From Candidatus Levyibacteriota bacterium (GTDB taxonomy: Bacteria; Patescibacteriota; Microgenomatia; Levybacterales; UBA12049), in assembly GCA_016182185.1 (NCBI GenBank), contig JACOXU010000003.1, forward strand, positions 1 through 55,973: a DNA stretch of 55,973 bases, in the 5' to 3' direction. Made by a program: the position numbers and the translations under genes. Below are positions 1-12,428 of the stretch, in pieces; the first letter of the stretch is position 1; every line of letters starts with the position of its first letter. The notes under the pieces were generated by a model that was given only the letters and a program-made list of their open reading frames with translations, had not been told where the DNA came from and made no database searches.

Positions 1-132
1 TCTTATCTGCTCAAGCGGATTTACTCCGACCAGAAGGACTGCTGCCAGAATTCCTAAGATTGCTATGACGACGAGAAGTTCGATGAGGGTGAAGCCTTTT
101 TGGTTTCTTAAATAATCTCGGACAGATTTCAT
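1..132 (-). CDS. Type IV pilin (N-terminal part; runs off window)
   Basis: Translated by hand: MKSVRDYLRNQKG|FTLIELLVVIAILGILAAVLLVGVNPLEQIR, a class III prepilin G|FTLIE motif; lies downstream of pilC. Confidence 0.95.
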   Translation of the reverse strand, partial: MKSVRDYLRNQKGFTLIELLVVIAILGILAAVLLVGVNPLEQIR

Positions 133-205
133 GTATATATTAAGTAGAACATAATAAAAATCAGTTGTCAAGAGGGTAAAATAGCCTCAAAATCACAAGA
201 TTCGA

Positions 206-1411
206 CTATTTTATTTCCGTAATGATACTATAAATTGGAGTGATTACCGAGATGAGAAGAAATGCGACTCCCGCACCAAGAACCACCATTATAAAAGGCT
301 CAAGAGCCGTAGTGAGAGTTCTTAAAATCTGATCGGATTCTCTTTCGAAGTATTCAGATGCTTTTGCCAGAGTTTCGTCAATTTTTCCCGTTTCCTCACC
401 TACTTTTACCAACTGGACAAGAAGAGGAGGGAAAAGCGTATATGTTTCCATAGCATCTCCGATTTTTATTCCGTTTTCCACTCTTTTGGCTACATCTTTT
501 ATGGCATTCTTATAATAAATATTTCCGATTGTATCTGCTGTCTGAAGAAGAGAGTCAACCACCAAAGATCCTGAGCCAATAAGAAGCCCGAGCGTCCTTG
601 AGGCTTCTGCCAGTGTAACCTTGACAACAAGATTACCGAATATCGGCATTTTAAGCATAAGGTTGTCTATGACAAGTCTTCCTGTTTCTGTTTTATACCA
701 ACGGTTGTATAAAAAAATACCAAGGGCTCCTAGTCCTAGGATAAACGGCCAAAAAGCGATAGTGATGTTAGACATTACAATAACGATCTGAGTCGGAAGA
801 GGAAGTGAAACATTTAAACTTACATATAGATTTTTAAGCTGGGGTATTACAACAGTCATCATAATTATAACAACTCCGATCATCATAAGAACTATAATTG
901 CAGGATAGACCAAGGCCGCCTTAATTGTGCTCTTTAATTTTTCTTGTTTTTCCAAGTTATCAGCAAGTCTTTCAAGCGCTTTGTCCATGAGTCCTGAAGT
1001 TTCTGATGCTTTTATAATTGAAACGTAAACTGGAGAAAAAAAATCAGGAAATTTAGTGAGTGATTCTGAAAATGTTTTTCCCTCTTCAATATCGGCAACG
1101 ATACTGCCTACCACCTCAACCATTGCCTCGTTTTTAAGCTGCTCTCTGAGGATCGAAAGAGATCTTACCAGCGTAAGACCCGATGAGATCATCGATGCCA
1201 GCTGACGGGTGAATAAAATTAAATCGGATGACTTAAGCTTGCTTACAAAAGGCAGAATCTTGAGCATGCTATTCTCCGTATTTTTGGTAATCCGGATTGG
1301 AACAAGCTCTTTTTGCCGAAGATATGAAGCAGCTTCTGTAATATCATTTGCGTCAACAAGCCCCTGAATAACTTTATTTTCCTTGCTTATTGCTTTATAG
1401 CGAAGTCTCAT
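206..1411 (-). CDS. pilC: Type IV pilus/T2SS platform protein PilC (GspF family)
   Basis: FTRQLASMISSGL, GEETGKIDETL, ALEPFIMVVLG motifs; pil cluster context. Confidence 0.93.
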   Translation of the reverse strand: MRLRYKAISKENKVIQGLVDANDITEAASYLRQKELVPIRITKNTENSMLKILPFVSKLKSSDLILFTRQLASMISSGLTLVRSLSILREQLKNEAMVEVVGSIVADIEEGKTFSESLTKFPDFFSPVYVSIIKASETSGLMDKALERLADNLEKQEKLKSTIKAALVYPAIIVLMMIGVVIIMMTVVIPQLKNLYVSLNVSLPLPTQIVIVMSNITIAFWPFILGLGALGIFLYNRWYKTETGRLVIDNLMLKMPIFGNLVVKVTLAEASRTLGLLIGSGSLVVDSLLQTADTIGNIYYKNAIKDVAKRVENGIKIGDAMETYTLFPPLLVQLVKVGEETGKIDETLAKASEYFERESDQILRTLTTALEPFIMVVLGAGVAFLLISVITPIYSIITEIK

Positions 1412-1414
1412 ATA

Positions 1415-2482
1415 TCAGCCAACCAGCCTTTGAAGTTCTTCCTGACGAAGCGCATAGCTCTTGGCTGTTTCAAGACTAATGCTTCCTGAAAGAACAAGAG
1501 ATGCAAGCGATTGTTCAAAGGGTATCATTCCTTGATCTTGAGAGTTCTGAATAATCGAGTCAATAAGATGAGTCTTACCATCTCTTACATTACTTGCTAC
1601 TGCTGATGTCCCAATAAGAAGCTCAACCGCAGGAATTCTGCCTCCGCTGATTCGTGGAAGTAATCTTTGTGAAATAATTCCTTTAAGAGTTGAGGCAAGC
1701 TGAACCCTAATTTGCGCTTGCTGGTTTGCTGGAAAAGAATCGATAATTCTATCAATGCTTTGTGAAGCAGAATTAGTATGAAGGGTAGAAAAGACCAAAT
1801 GGCCGGTTTCTGCAATCGTAATAGCAGAAGAAATTGTTTCAGGATCTCTCATCTCGCCTACCAAAACTACATCTGGATCTTCGCGTAAAGCAGATCGAAG
1901 CGACAGACTCCAGGAGTTTGTATCAAGCCCCATTTCACGCTGGGAGATAAGACTTTTTCCCGTAGGATAAACGTATTCAATCGGATCTTCAATCGTTAGG
2001 ATATGCACATTTTTGTTCAAGTTTATTTCATTTATTATTGCGGCAAGCGTGGTTGATTTTCCGTGGCCAGTTGGGCCAGTGACGAGGATAAATCCCTGCT
2101 TAAGTTCTGCAAAATTATGAATAATCTTAGGCATATTCAGTTCTTCCAAAGTTCTAATCTTGGGTTCTAGATATCGAAATTCGGCTGAGATATTTCCTCT
2201 CTGATAATAAATGTTTGCTCTAAATCTGCCCAAATCCCCATAAGCGCCCCCCCCGAAACCGAAAGAAAAATCAAGCTCTTTCTGGTTGAGAAAAATTTCT
2301 TTAAGCTTGGGAGAAACAAGGGAAAAAACCATCATCTCAACATTTTCTCTTGTCAAAACTGGAAAGTTTGTTAGATATGCTAACGCACCATCAACCCGTA
2401 TGGCTGGATGCACGCCGGGCAGTAAATGAAGATCAGATGCTTTATTTGTAATGGTCAGTTGTAAAAGCTGTTGAATATCCAT
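1415..2482 (-). CDS. pilT: Pilus retraction ATPase PilT
   Basis: GPTGHGKSTT, TIEDPIE, ALREDPD, GHLVFSTLH, SNVRDGK (AIRNLIRE-like). Confidence 0.95.
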   Translation of the reverse strand: MDIQQLLQLTITNKASDLHLLPGVHPAIRVDGALAYLTNFPVLTRENVEMMVFSLVSPKLKEIFLNQKELDFSFGFGGGAYGDLGRFRANIYYQRGNISAEFRYLEPKIRTLEELNMPKIIHNFAELKQGFILVTGPTGHGKSTTLAAIINEINLNKNVHILTIEDPIEYVYPTGKSLISQREMGLDTNSWSLSLRSALREDPDVVLVGEMRDPETISSAITIAETGHLVFSTLHTNSASQSIDRIIDSFPANQQAQIRVQLASTLKGIISQRLLPRISGGRIPAVELLIGTSAVASNVRDGKTHLIDSIIQNSQDQGMIPFEQSLASLVLSGSISLETAKSYALRQEELQRLVG

Positions 2483-2596
2483 GTATTCTAATTTCTAAAT
2501 CCTAATTTCTAATTATTCTAAATAAATCCTAAAATCCAAATCCCAATTTATAAACTGTTTAGACATTAGATCAATTAGATTAATTAGGTCAATTTC
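2483..2596. repeat. Bipartite heptamer-repeat element (CTAATT-rich left arm, ATTAG-rich right arm), empty copy
   Basis: TTCTAAT-type iterations followed by complementary ATTAGAT/ATTAGGT iterations; shares ATTAGATCAATTAG with 31617-31630. Confidence 0.75.
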
Positions 2597-4327
2597 TCAT
2601 TCTTGTGCTACTCTTATTACCTCCTCTGGAGTCGTAAGTCCTTGCAAAACCTTTAAATAACCATCCTGCTTCATCGTAATCATTCCCTCCACAACTGCCT
2701 CTTTTTCAACAGTCTGAAGATCTGGCCTATCTAAGATTAGATTAGCAACTTTAGTTGTAACAGGCAATACCTCAAAAATTCCGACTCTCCCTAAATATCC
2801 GGAATTCCCACATTTTTCACATCCTTTTCCTTTATAAATACTGGGCTGGTTATTTCCTGAAGGATACAGCCGGCCCAAAACTGTTCTCATTTCATCGACG
2901 ATCGGTTTAAGCGGTGCAATTGCAATTTTGCAATATGAGCATATTTTTCTGACAATTCTTTGCCCGACTATTGCATTCATGGTTGATGCGAGTAAAAAGG
3001 GCTCTGCTCCTAGATCAATCAGACGTGGAAGTGCGCCGGCTGCATTTGATGTATGAAGAGTCGAAAAAACCAAATGACCGGTAAGAGACGCTTGAATTGC
3101 AAGCTCTGTAGTTTCCTTATCTCTTATCTCTCCGACGAGAATAATATTCGGATCTTGACGAAGAAATGATCGAAGTCCTGTCGCAAAAGTAAGCCCAACA
3201 GCCGGGTTAATCTGCACTTGGTTTACTCCATTCATTTGGTACTCGACTGGATCTTCAAGTGTCATTATGTTTACACGAGTCGTATTGAGTTTCTGAAGAA
3301 CTGCATAAAGAGTAGTAGTTTTACCGCTTCCGGTTGGTCCGCAAACGATTATGATTCCATGGGGCCTCAATATGCCTGCCTCCAAATTTTTAAGAGACAC
3401 TCCATCTAGGCCCAAATCCTGAAGCGTTGGTATCCCTCCTGATTTTTGAAGAAGTCTCATGGCTACTTTTTCACCAAAAACAGTCGGCATGACTGAAATA
3501 CGAAGATCTACCTCATTGATTTCCACCTTAAAATTAAATCGCCCGTCTTGAGGCGTACGATGTTCGTCAATTTTCATGTCTGAAAGAATCTTTATGCGGG
3601 ATATTACTGCCTCTTGCACTGTCTTGGGAAGACTTAATCTATCATATAAAATTCCATCTATTCTGTATCTTACTCTTATTCTATCTCCCTGAGGCTCGAT
3701 ATGAACATCTGAGGCCCTGCTTGAGACTGCATACTCAAGAATTGTAGAAACTATCTTGGCAATTGGCGCTTCCTTAATAATTTCGGCAATTTGACGGCTG
3801 TCAATAGTTTTTGTTTTGGTCAATTCTTGGTTTTCCTTAATTGCTTCACCTACTTCGCCGATTATTTCCTGTCTATATTGCTGGGTGATTGCCCGAGTTA
3901 TATCTTCTTGAGAGGCTGCAAACGTTTTAATATTTAATCCAGTTTTTTGTCTTACGAATTGAGAGGCTTCCAAATCAACAGGATTTGCCATCGCAACCGA
4001 AAGCGTTTTTGTTTTATCATCATAAAGAAAGGGGATTAAATTAAATCTTTCAGCAACTGATCTGGGAACAAATCCTAACGCATCAGGTGAAAATGAGGCA
4101 CTTGCAAGAGAGATAAAAGGAATTCCCAATAGTCTTGCCTTGATTTCAGCAATCTTCTCAATCGGAACTAAATTCAAATTAAGAAGAACGTCTTCATATG
4201 ATTTTCCTTCACTAGCACTTTTTACCTTGATATCATTGTATTGCTCGGGGGTAATTAGACGCTCTGACAGAAGAATGTCAATAAGAGTTTTATTTCCTGA
4301 AAAATCATCGATTGCTTGGGCAGACAT
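2597..4327 (-). CDS. pilB: Pilus assembly ATPase PilB (GspE family)
   Basis: ASDVHIEP, GPTGSGKTTT, LRQDPN, CxxC zinc pairs. Confidence 0.95.
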   Translation of the reverse strand: MSAQAIDDFSGNKTLIDILLSERLITPEQYNDIKVKSASEGKSYEDVLLNLNLVPIEKIAEIKARLLGIPFISLASASFSPDALGFVPRSVAERFNLIPFLYDDKTKTLSVAMANPVDLEASQFVRQKTGLNIKTFAASQEDITRAITQQYRQEIIGEVGEAIKENQELTKTKTIDSRQIAEIIKEAPIAKIVSTILEYAVSSRASDVHIEPQGDRIRVRYRIDGILYDRLSLPKTVQEAVISRIKILSDMKIDEHRTPQDGRFNFKVEINEVDLRISVMPTVFGEKVAMRLLQKSGGIPTLQDLGLDGVSLKNLEAGILRPHGIIIVCGPTGSGKTTTLYAVLQKLNTTRVNIMTLEDPVEYQMNGVNQVQINPAVGLTFATGLRSFLRQDPNIILVGEIRDKETTELAIQASLTGHLVFSTLHTSNAAGALPRLIDLGAEPFLLASTMNAIVGQRIVRKICSYCKIAIAPLKPIVDEMRTVLGRLYPSGNNQPSIYKGKGCEKCGNSGYLGRVGIFEVLPVTTKVANLILDRPDLQTVEKEAVVEGMITMKQDGYLKVLQGLTTPEEVIRVAQE

Positions 4328-4334
4328 TAGTTCT

Positions 4335-4364
4335 ATAGTAAGAAAAAATAAGCTATAATGTCAA
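4335..4364 (-). promoter_or_regulatory. Sigma70 promoter for pilB overlapping a divergent -10 for holB
   Basis: Minus strand TTGACA-N18-TACTAT, 7 nt before the pilB ATG; plus strand TATAAT at 4354-4359. Confidence 0.6.
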
Positions 4365-4368
4365 GGAT

Positions 4369-5043
4369 ATGCAGTCAATTTTAATAGTTTCAAAAAATAA
4401 AACAAGCGCTCTTGAAAAAGCAATTTATATCTGTAAAGAAAACAAAATTGCAGATATAGATACAAATGTTGAGAATTTCGATAAGTCAGTTGGAATTGAA
4501 GATATCAGAAACATGCAAAAAAAACTATTTTTGAAACCAATCAAAAGCAATATTAAATCTATAATAATAAATTCTTTTCCTGGAATTACTATCGAAAGCC
4601 AAAATGCATTACTTAAAGTGCTTGAGGAACCTCCTCTCAATACTATTATGTTGATAATTACCGAAAATAAGAATCTATTTCTTTCAACTATTCTTTCAAG
4701 ATGTAAAATAATTGAGGTCAAGGAAAAAATTCAATTTTCAGACGAGGAAGTCTTAAATTATCAGAAAGATTTTAAAGAAATTTTGGAGGCAGGACTAGGA
4801 AAAAGACTTAAACTTGCACAAGATTTTGGCCAAAGCAAGGAAGAAGCGATAACGTGGCTCGAGCAAATGTTAATTACGATTAGAAAAACGATGATTGATA
4901 AAATAATTTCTTCAAAGGGAAATGAAAGTGATGGAACTTTTTACTTAAATATTCTTAAAAACTTTCAAAAAACCCATACAATAATTAAGACTAGCAATGT
5001 GAATCAGCGGTTCGCCCTTGAAAATCTATTTTTGCAGATATAA
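4369..5043 (+). CDS. holB: DNA polymerase III delta' subunit-like (short form)
   Basis: VGIEDIR, ESQNALLKVLEEPP, TILSRC motifs. Confidence 0.8.
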   Translation: MQSILIVSKNKTSALEKAIYICKENKIADIDTNVENFDKSVGIEDIRNMQKKLFLKPIKSNIKSIIINSFPGITIESQNALLKVLEEPPLNTIMLIITENKNLFLSTILSRCKIIEVKEKIQFSDEEVLNYQKDFKEILEAGLGKRLKLAQDFGQSKEEAITWLEQMLITIRKTMIDKIISSKGNESDGTFYLNILKNFQKTHTIIKTSNVNQRFALENLFLQI

Positions 5044-5045
5044 TC

Positions 5046-6317
5046 ATGTTTTCTGAATTTAAAAAAACACTTTATTTCCCATTTGCTTATTATTTCAGGT
5101 TTTTTGCCAAAATAAGGCTTTCGTTTTGGCAACCAAAAACTATCGTAATCACCGGATCAAGCGGAAAAACTACACTTCTTAATCTTGTCGAATCCCAAGT
5201 TGGAGAAAAAGCAAGATATAGTCATCATGCAAATAGCTCGTATGGAATTCCGTTTAATATTCTTGGACTTACACGCAGGACTCTTTCTCTTTGGGAATGG
5301 CCAGTTTTATTCGCTCTTGCCCCCCTTAAAACTTTAGGCTCTTTTCCTAAGAAAAAGATATATGTAGTCGAGGCGGATTGCGACAGACCGGGGGAAGGTA
5401 AATTTTTGGCAACTTTACTTAAGCCCGAAATTACTCTTTGGACCAATTCTACTAAAACACACAGTATGAATTTCGATATTCTGATAAAAAATGGAAAATT
5501 TAAAAGCGTCGAAGACGCGATTGGATACGAATATGGATACTTTCTTGAGTATACATCAAACCTAGTAATTGTAAACAGTGATTCCGAGACAATTAGAAAT
5601 GAACTTTCAAGAACAGCGGTCAAAAAAGAATTAGTTAAAATTTCAGAACTTACCTCTTATTCTGCAACTTTGGAAAAAACAGAGTTTAAAACTAAAAACC
5701 ATTTTTTTAAATTTAACTTTTTACTGCCAAAAGATTTTTTCTATTCACTTGTCATGTGTTCGAAGCTCCTTACTATTTTAAAAATTCCAAAAGATCGTAC
5801 ATTTAAGAAATTTAAGCTTCCACCGGGCAGAAACAGTGTTTTTAGGGGAATTAAAAATACTACTATTATAGACAGCAGCTATAATGCCAATCTTGATTCA
5901 ATGACTGTAATTTTGGAGATGTTTGATAATTTAGACTCAAATAATAAATGGGTGGTGTTGGGAGACATGCTTGAACAGGGACAAAGCGAACAAGAAGAAC
6001 ATGAAAAATTAGCAGATATAATATTAAAAATGAAACTTAAAAAAATTATTTTGATGGGACCAAGGGTTTCTGAATTTACATTTCCAAAATTGAAAAATCA
6101 AACAGACAAAAAAATAGAAATTGAAAAATTCTCAGGGCCTAAAGAAGCTCTTGACTACATTAAAAAAAATATTAACGGGGAAGAACTTATACTTTTTAAA
6201 GGTGCGAGATTTTTGGAAGGAGTCGTGGAAAATCTTCTTCTGCATAAATCTGATTCAATAAATCTTTGCAGAAGAGAAAAAGTTTGGCAAGAAAGAAGAA
6301 AGAAATTCGGTCTATGA
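5046..6317 (+). CDS. murF: MurF-type Mur ligase
   Basis: ITGSSGKTT, DSSYNAN, VLGDMLEQG. Confidence 0.85.
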   Translation: MFSEFKKTLYFPFAYYFRFFAKIRLSFWQPKTIVITGSSGKTTLLNLVESQVGEKARYSHHANSSYGIPFNILGLTRRTLSLWEWPVLFALAPLKTLGSFPKKKIYVVEADCDRPGEGKFLATLLKPEITLWTNSTKTHSMNFDILIKNGKFKSVEDAIGYEYGYFLEYTSNLVIVNSDSETIRNELSRTAVKKELVKISELTSYSATLEKTEFKTKNHFFKFNFLLPKDFFYSLVMCSKLLTILKIPKDRTFKKFKLPPGRNSVFRGIKNTTIIDSSYNANLDSMTVILEMFDNLDSNNKWVVLGDMLEQGQSEQEEHEKLADIILKMKLKKIILMGPRVSEFTFPKLKNQTDKKIEIEKFSGPKEALDYIKKNINGEELILFKGARFLEGVVENLLLHKSDSINLCRREKVWQERRKKFGL

Positions 6318-7024
6318 AAAATTCAAAACCTAAAATTTTCATTTTACATGGATGGACATATTCAAAAGACAGATGGAATTCATTCCTGTCGCTTTTAAAA
6401 TCAAAAGGGCTCAACCCCTATTTGCTTTCAATTCCCGGTTTGACAGGTGAAATAAATAAACCCTGGACTATTGATGATTATATTAAATGGTTGCTTCAAA
6501 CGCTAAAAGAAGAAGAAAAGGTTATATTAATCTGCCATTCAAACGGAGGCAGGATCGCCCTAAACTTTGTCGGAAAATATCCTGAAAAAACAGAAGAGCT
6601 AATACTGATTGATAGTGCTGGAATTTACCATAATGATATTTATATTAAATTGAAAAGAAATATCTTTTTGTTTTTCGCCAAAGTTGGTAAGAAAATTATT
6701 CCTTTTGATATTGCGCAAAAACTTCTTTATTCTCTAACAGGGGAAAAAGACTATTTCTCTGCAAATCAAAATATGAAAAAAACTATGGTAAATTTACTTC
6801 AATCTGATAAGTCTTTGAATTTAAGCAAAACTTCAGTTCCGACACTTATTATTTGGGGAAGGGAAGATGACATAACTCCCTTATCCGATGGGGAATTATT
6901 AAATAATAAAATAGTCAATAGTAAATTGTTCGTTGTCAATGGCGCCAAACATTCACCTCAATTTACTCACTCAGAAGAAGTCGTAAATATTATTACTGAA
7001 CAGCTGAATAAAATAACAACGTAA
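6314..7024 (+). CDS. Alpha/beta hydrolase
   Basis: LHGW, CHSNGG nucleophile elbow, WGREDDITP, KHSP; ATG overlapping the murF stop chosen as start. Confidence 0.85.
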   Translation: MKNSKPKIFILHGWTYSKDRWNSFLSLLKSKGLNPYLLSIPGLTGEINKPWTIDDYIKWLLQTLKEEEKVILICHSNGGRIALNFVGKYPEKTEELILIDSAGIYHNDIYIKLKRNIFLFFAKVGKKIIPFDIAQKLLYSLTGEKDYFSANQNMKKTMVNLLQSDKSLNLSKTSVPTLIIWGREDDITPLSDGELLNNKIVNSKLFVVNGAKHSPQFTHSEEVVNIITEQLNKITT

Positions 7025-7036
7025 CAATTTCATTTT

Positions 7037-8221
7037 ATGTCTATTTTCAATTCCTTAGGGTCAAACTATGATCTTGGATTTGCCGTAAAAGCATTGTTTA
7101 CATCCGGAAAAGCAAATCTTAAAGGTTCTTTAGAAAAAAAATATAACGGAGAAGCAATTTTACTTTTTAAAGGAAGGCAAGCAATAACTCTTGCGCTTAA
7201 ATTATTAAATCTTCCTACAAATTCTGAAGTTGCGATAAATGGTTTTACCTGCTACGCGGTTTACAAAGCGATTGAAGAAGCTAATCTTATGCCCGTTCTG
7301 ATAGATATTCCGAAAGATGATTTAAATTTCTCAGCAGTTTATCTTGAAAAAAAATTAAAGACCAATCCCAATATTAAAGTCGTCATTGTTCAGAATACCC
7401 TCGGATTTCCCTGTGATATTGAAGCGATATCAAAAATCTGTAAAGAAAAAAACATATTTTTAATAGAGGACTTGGCCCACTGCGCCGGAGCAAAATATGA
7501 AAATGGTGTTGAAGCAGGAAGAGTAGGGAATTTTACAATACTTTCATTTAGCCAGGACAAGATTATTGATGTAGTCTCAGGCGGCGCATTAATAATAAGA
7601 AACAAAAAATATCAAAAAAACTATACTGACTATTTTGAGGAGCCTCCGACAAGAAAAACTTTAACAGATAAATTATATCCGACATTTACATTAATAATTA
7701 GAAGCACCTACGGAATAGGACTTGGTAAGTTTATTCATTCCTTCTTAAAAAACTTGAGCCTGTTGTCTTATCCAATGGACAACAATTTATACAAAATGAC
7801 TTCGCTTCCAAGCTGGTATCAATTGCTTGCGCAAGTAACCCTTTATAATCTTGAAAAGCAAATAAAGCATAGGAAAAAAATTGCAAATATATACAAAGAA
7901 AATATTGATAAATCAATTTTATTAAATTCAGTGACAGACGGTACTGATTTCTCTTCAAATCTTCGATTTCCTATTTTTACGAAAAAAAGAGACGATTTAA
8001 TCAAATTTCTTAAAATATACAATATTTATGTTTCGGATATTTGGTATGATGCTCCGATCGGACCAGTAAGATATATGAACAAAGTAAATTACCAGAATGA
8101 CTGTCCAAATTCTGAAAAAATTTCATCTCTAATCTTAAATCTCCCGACTCATAAAAACGTTTCTATAGAAAAAGCAAAGTTTATTTCAGAAAGGATAAAT
8201 GAATGGCTGGAATCGTTGTAA
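7037..8221 (+). CDS. DegT/DnrJ/EryC1/StrS PLP-dependent aminotransferase
   Basis: LIEDLAHCAG, SFSQDK (PLP lysine), GGAL, LNLPTH. Confidence 0.88.
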   Translation: MSIFNSLGSNYDLGFAVKALFTSGKANLKGSLEKKYNGEAILLFKGRQAITLALKLLNLPTNSEVAINGFTCYAVYKAIEEANLMPVLIDIPKDDLNFSAVYLEKKLKTNPNIKVVIVQNTLGFPCDIEAISKICKEKNIFLIEDLAHCAGAKYENGVEAGRVGNFTILSFSQDKIIDVVSGGALIIRNKKYQKNYTDYFEEPPTRKTLTDKLYPTFTLIIRSTYGIGLGKFIHSFLKNLSLLSYPMDNNLYKMTSLPSWYQLLAQVTLYNLEKQIKHRKKIANIYKENIDKSILLNSVTDGTDFSSNLRFPIFTKKRDDLIKFLKIYNIYVSDIWYDAPIGPVRYMNKVNYQNDCPNSEKISSLILNLPTHKNVSIEKAKFISERINEWLESL

Positions 8222-9228
8222 AACCTATAATAGATAAGGCAGAATGGGAAAATTTCATGATCAGTCATCCTGAAGGAAATTTTCTTCATTCATGGTGCTG
8301 GGGAGAATTCCATGAAGCATTAGGTAAGCCGGTTCAGAGAACCGGATTTTATAATAATGAAAAGCTGTTGGGCGCAGTTTTGTCTGCCATCGAAGATGCA
8401 AAAAGAGGAAAGTACCTTACTGTTGCGGGGGGTCCGATTATAGAATGGGACGATAAACGATTAGTAAAAACTTTTTTTGATGAAATAAAAAAAATCGCAA
8501 TTTTAAACGATTGCGTTTTTATAAGAATTCGGCCCCAGCTTATCTCAGACAATTTTTCCAAGAATATTTTTAAAGAAAATGGTTTCATAAATGCTCCCAT
8601 GCATCTTCATGCAGAACTGACTTCGCAGCTTGATATAACAAAATCTGAAGAAGAACTTCTAAAAAATATGAGAAAAACGACCCGATACGAAATTAAAAAA
8701 GCCCAATCTCTTAAAATAGAAATTAAAGAAAACACTGATCCTAAAGAAATTAGGCAGTTTTACCAACTGCAAATTCAAACTTCAAAAAGACAGAGATTCG
8801 TTCCATTTTCATATAAATATCTTTACGAACAATTTAAAGAATTTGCAGAAAATAATATGGTTATTTTATACAAGGCGAAAATAAAAAATAAAACTCTCGC
8901 TGAGGCTTTTATAATTTTTTATGGAAAAGAGGCTGTTTATCATTATGGCGCATCAACGGATGATGGGAAAAAATATCCGGGTGCTTATCTGATTCAATGG
9001 AGAGCAATTCAGGAAGCCAAAAAACGCGGGATGACCCGCTATAATTTCTGGGGAGTCTCACCGATTGATAAACCCAAACACAGATTTCACGGCCTGTCAC
9101 TTTTTAAACGAGGTTTTGGCGGGGAAGATGTTGAATATCTCCATGCTCAGGATTATGTGATAAATTACCCCAGATATGCGCTGAATTTTTTCGTCGAAAC
9201 TGTAAGAAAAATAAGACGAAATGTTTGA
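8203..9228 (+). CDS. FemABX/MurM lipid II aminoacyltransferase
   Basis: FLHSWCWG, RKTTRYEIKKA, YHYGAS, YNFWG, FKRGFGG. Confidence 0.9.
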   Translation: MAGIVVKPIIDKAEWENFMISHPEGNFLHSWCWGEFHEALGKPVQRTGFYNNEKLLGAVLSAIEDAKRGKYLTVAGGPIIEWDDKRLVKTFFDEIKKIAILNDCVFIRIRPQLISDNFSKNIFKENGFINAPMHLHAELTSQLDITKSEEELLKNMRKTTRYEIKKAQSLKIEIKENTDPKEIRQFYQLQIQTSKRQRFVPFSYKYLYEQFKEFAENNMVILYKAKIKNKTLAEAFIIFYGKEAVYHYGASTDDGKKYPGAYLIQWRAIQEAKKRGMTRYNFWGVSPIDKPKHRFHGLSLFKRGFGGEDVEYLHAQDYVINYPRYALNFFVETVRKIRRNV

Positions 9229-9252
9229 TTTTTACTCTGGAAATTAGTATGA

Positions 9253-11241
<1,989 letters not shown>

Positions 11242-11251
11242 TTTAAGAATT

Positions 11252-11830
11252 ATGATTGATGCAATAGAACAACCGCAGCCAAATCCTAAACTAGTTCCTG
11301 CTCCTGAATTGAGAGAAAGGTATATGGCTGCAGACAAAGGATATTTTAGTTTAGCTGATGAAATAGGTAGTTTAAGCGATGACGATATAACAGATTACAC
11401 TGCTCCATTCATCGCAGGTCTTTTACTATCAAGAAGAATTGAATTTAATTATCTATATAATCATGTTATCGAAGACTTGATTTCCGAAGAGCATGTTGAT
11501 GAAAAAAGTTTAAAATGGGCAAAAGACCATAGAGTATATGTTGGTGAAATACATCAAATATTGATAGATGCAAAAAGAGGTGATTTTACTAGCTTAAAAC
11601 AATTCATTAAAGAGGAATCTGACGTATTTAGCGATATGGAAGCCGACGAAGAAGAAAAACAGCTGGAAGAAAAATGGAAAAGAAACAGTGAGAAATTAGC
11701 GTTAGTTGCCGAAAGGCTACCTAATGGGGGAGATGGATCAACTGTAAAAGCGCCGAGCCCTGCGTGGATGGAAGAACCAACACCTTTGAGAATTCAATTA
11801 CAGATGTTAAAAGAAGGACAAGCGAAATAA
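11252..11830 (+). CDS. Hypothetical acidic helical protein
   Basis: 192-aa ORF filling the gap between gyrB and ppa; no recognised motif. Confidence 0.7.
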   Translation: MIDAIEQPQPNPKLVPAPELRERYMAADKGYFSLADEIGSLSDDDITDYTAPFIAGLLLSRRIEFNYLYNHVIEDLISEEHVDEKSLKWAKDHRVYVGEIHQILIDAKRGDFTSLKQFIKEESDVFSDMEADEEEKQLEEKWKRNSEKLALVAERLPNGGDGSTVKAPSPAWMEEPTPLRIQLQMLKEGQAK

Positions 11831-12342
11831 TGGATATTAAGAATTTGCCGGTGGGGAAGAATCCGCCGGAGGAAATAAACGTATATATAGAAATACCGCA
11901 GGGTGTTTCGGTGAAATACGAGCTTGATAAAGACTCGGGTTTTATTTTTGTGGACAGATTTCTTTTTACGGAAATGAATTATCCGTTTAATTACGGATTT
12001 ATTCCAAATACTCTGGCTGATGACGGTGACCCGGTCGATGTTTTGGTATTAAGCAGCAAACCGGTCGTGCCGGGAGTGGTAATTGCCTGCAGGCCCATCG
12101 GAATGCTCGAGATGGAAGATGAGGCAGGAATTGATAACAAAATCGTCGCAGTGCCAATGCCCAAGGTCGACAATAAATTCAAAGATTATAATGACGTAAC
12201 TGACATTCCGCAAAAGACAAAAGATGATTTAAGATATTTTTTTGAAAACTATAAAAAAGGTGAGTCGGGTAAATGGGTAAAAATAAAAGAGTGGAAAGGC
12301 AAAAAAGAAGCTTTGGAAGATATAAAAAAAGCAATGAGATAA
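11830..12342 (+). CDS. ppa: Family I inorganic pyrophosphatase
   Basis: [26 protein letters not shown]; start at TAATG overlap. Confidence 0.95.
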   Translation: MDIKNLPVGKNPPEEINVYIEIPQGVSVKYELDKDSGFIFVDRFLFTEMNYPFNYGFIPNTLADDGDPVDVLVLSSKPVVPGVVIACRPIGMLEMEDEAGIDNKIVAVPMPKVDNKFKDYNDVTDIPQKTKDDLRYFFENYKKGESGKWVKIKEWKGKKEALEDIKKAMR

Positions 12343-12425
12343 TTATTAGTAATTAGCCACTAGCGACTAGCAACTAGTGGTTTATTGTTTTACTAATGGC
12401 TAATTAACTAGTAGCTAGTTGCTGA
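12343..12425. repeat. CTAG-heptamer inverted-repeat element
   Basis: CCACTAG CGACTAG CAACTAG; stems TAATTAGCCA/TGGCTAATTA (12350-59/12397-406) and AGCAACTAG/CTAGTTGCT. Confidence 0.75.
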
Positions 12426-12428
12426 CTT

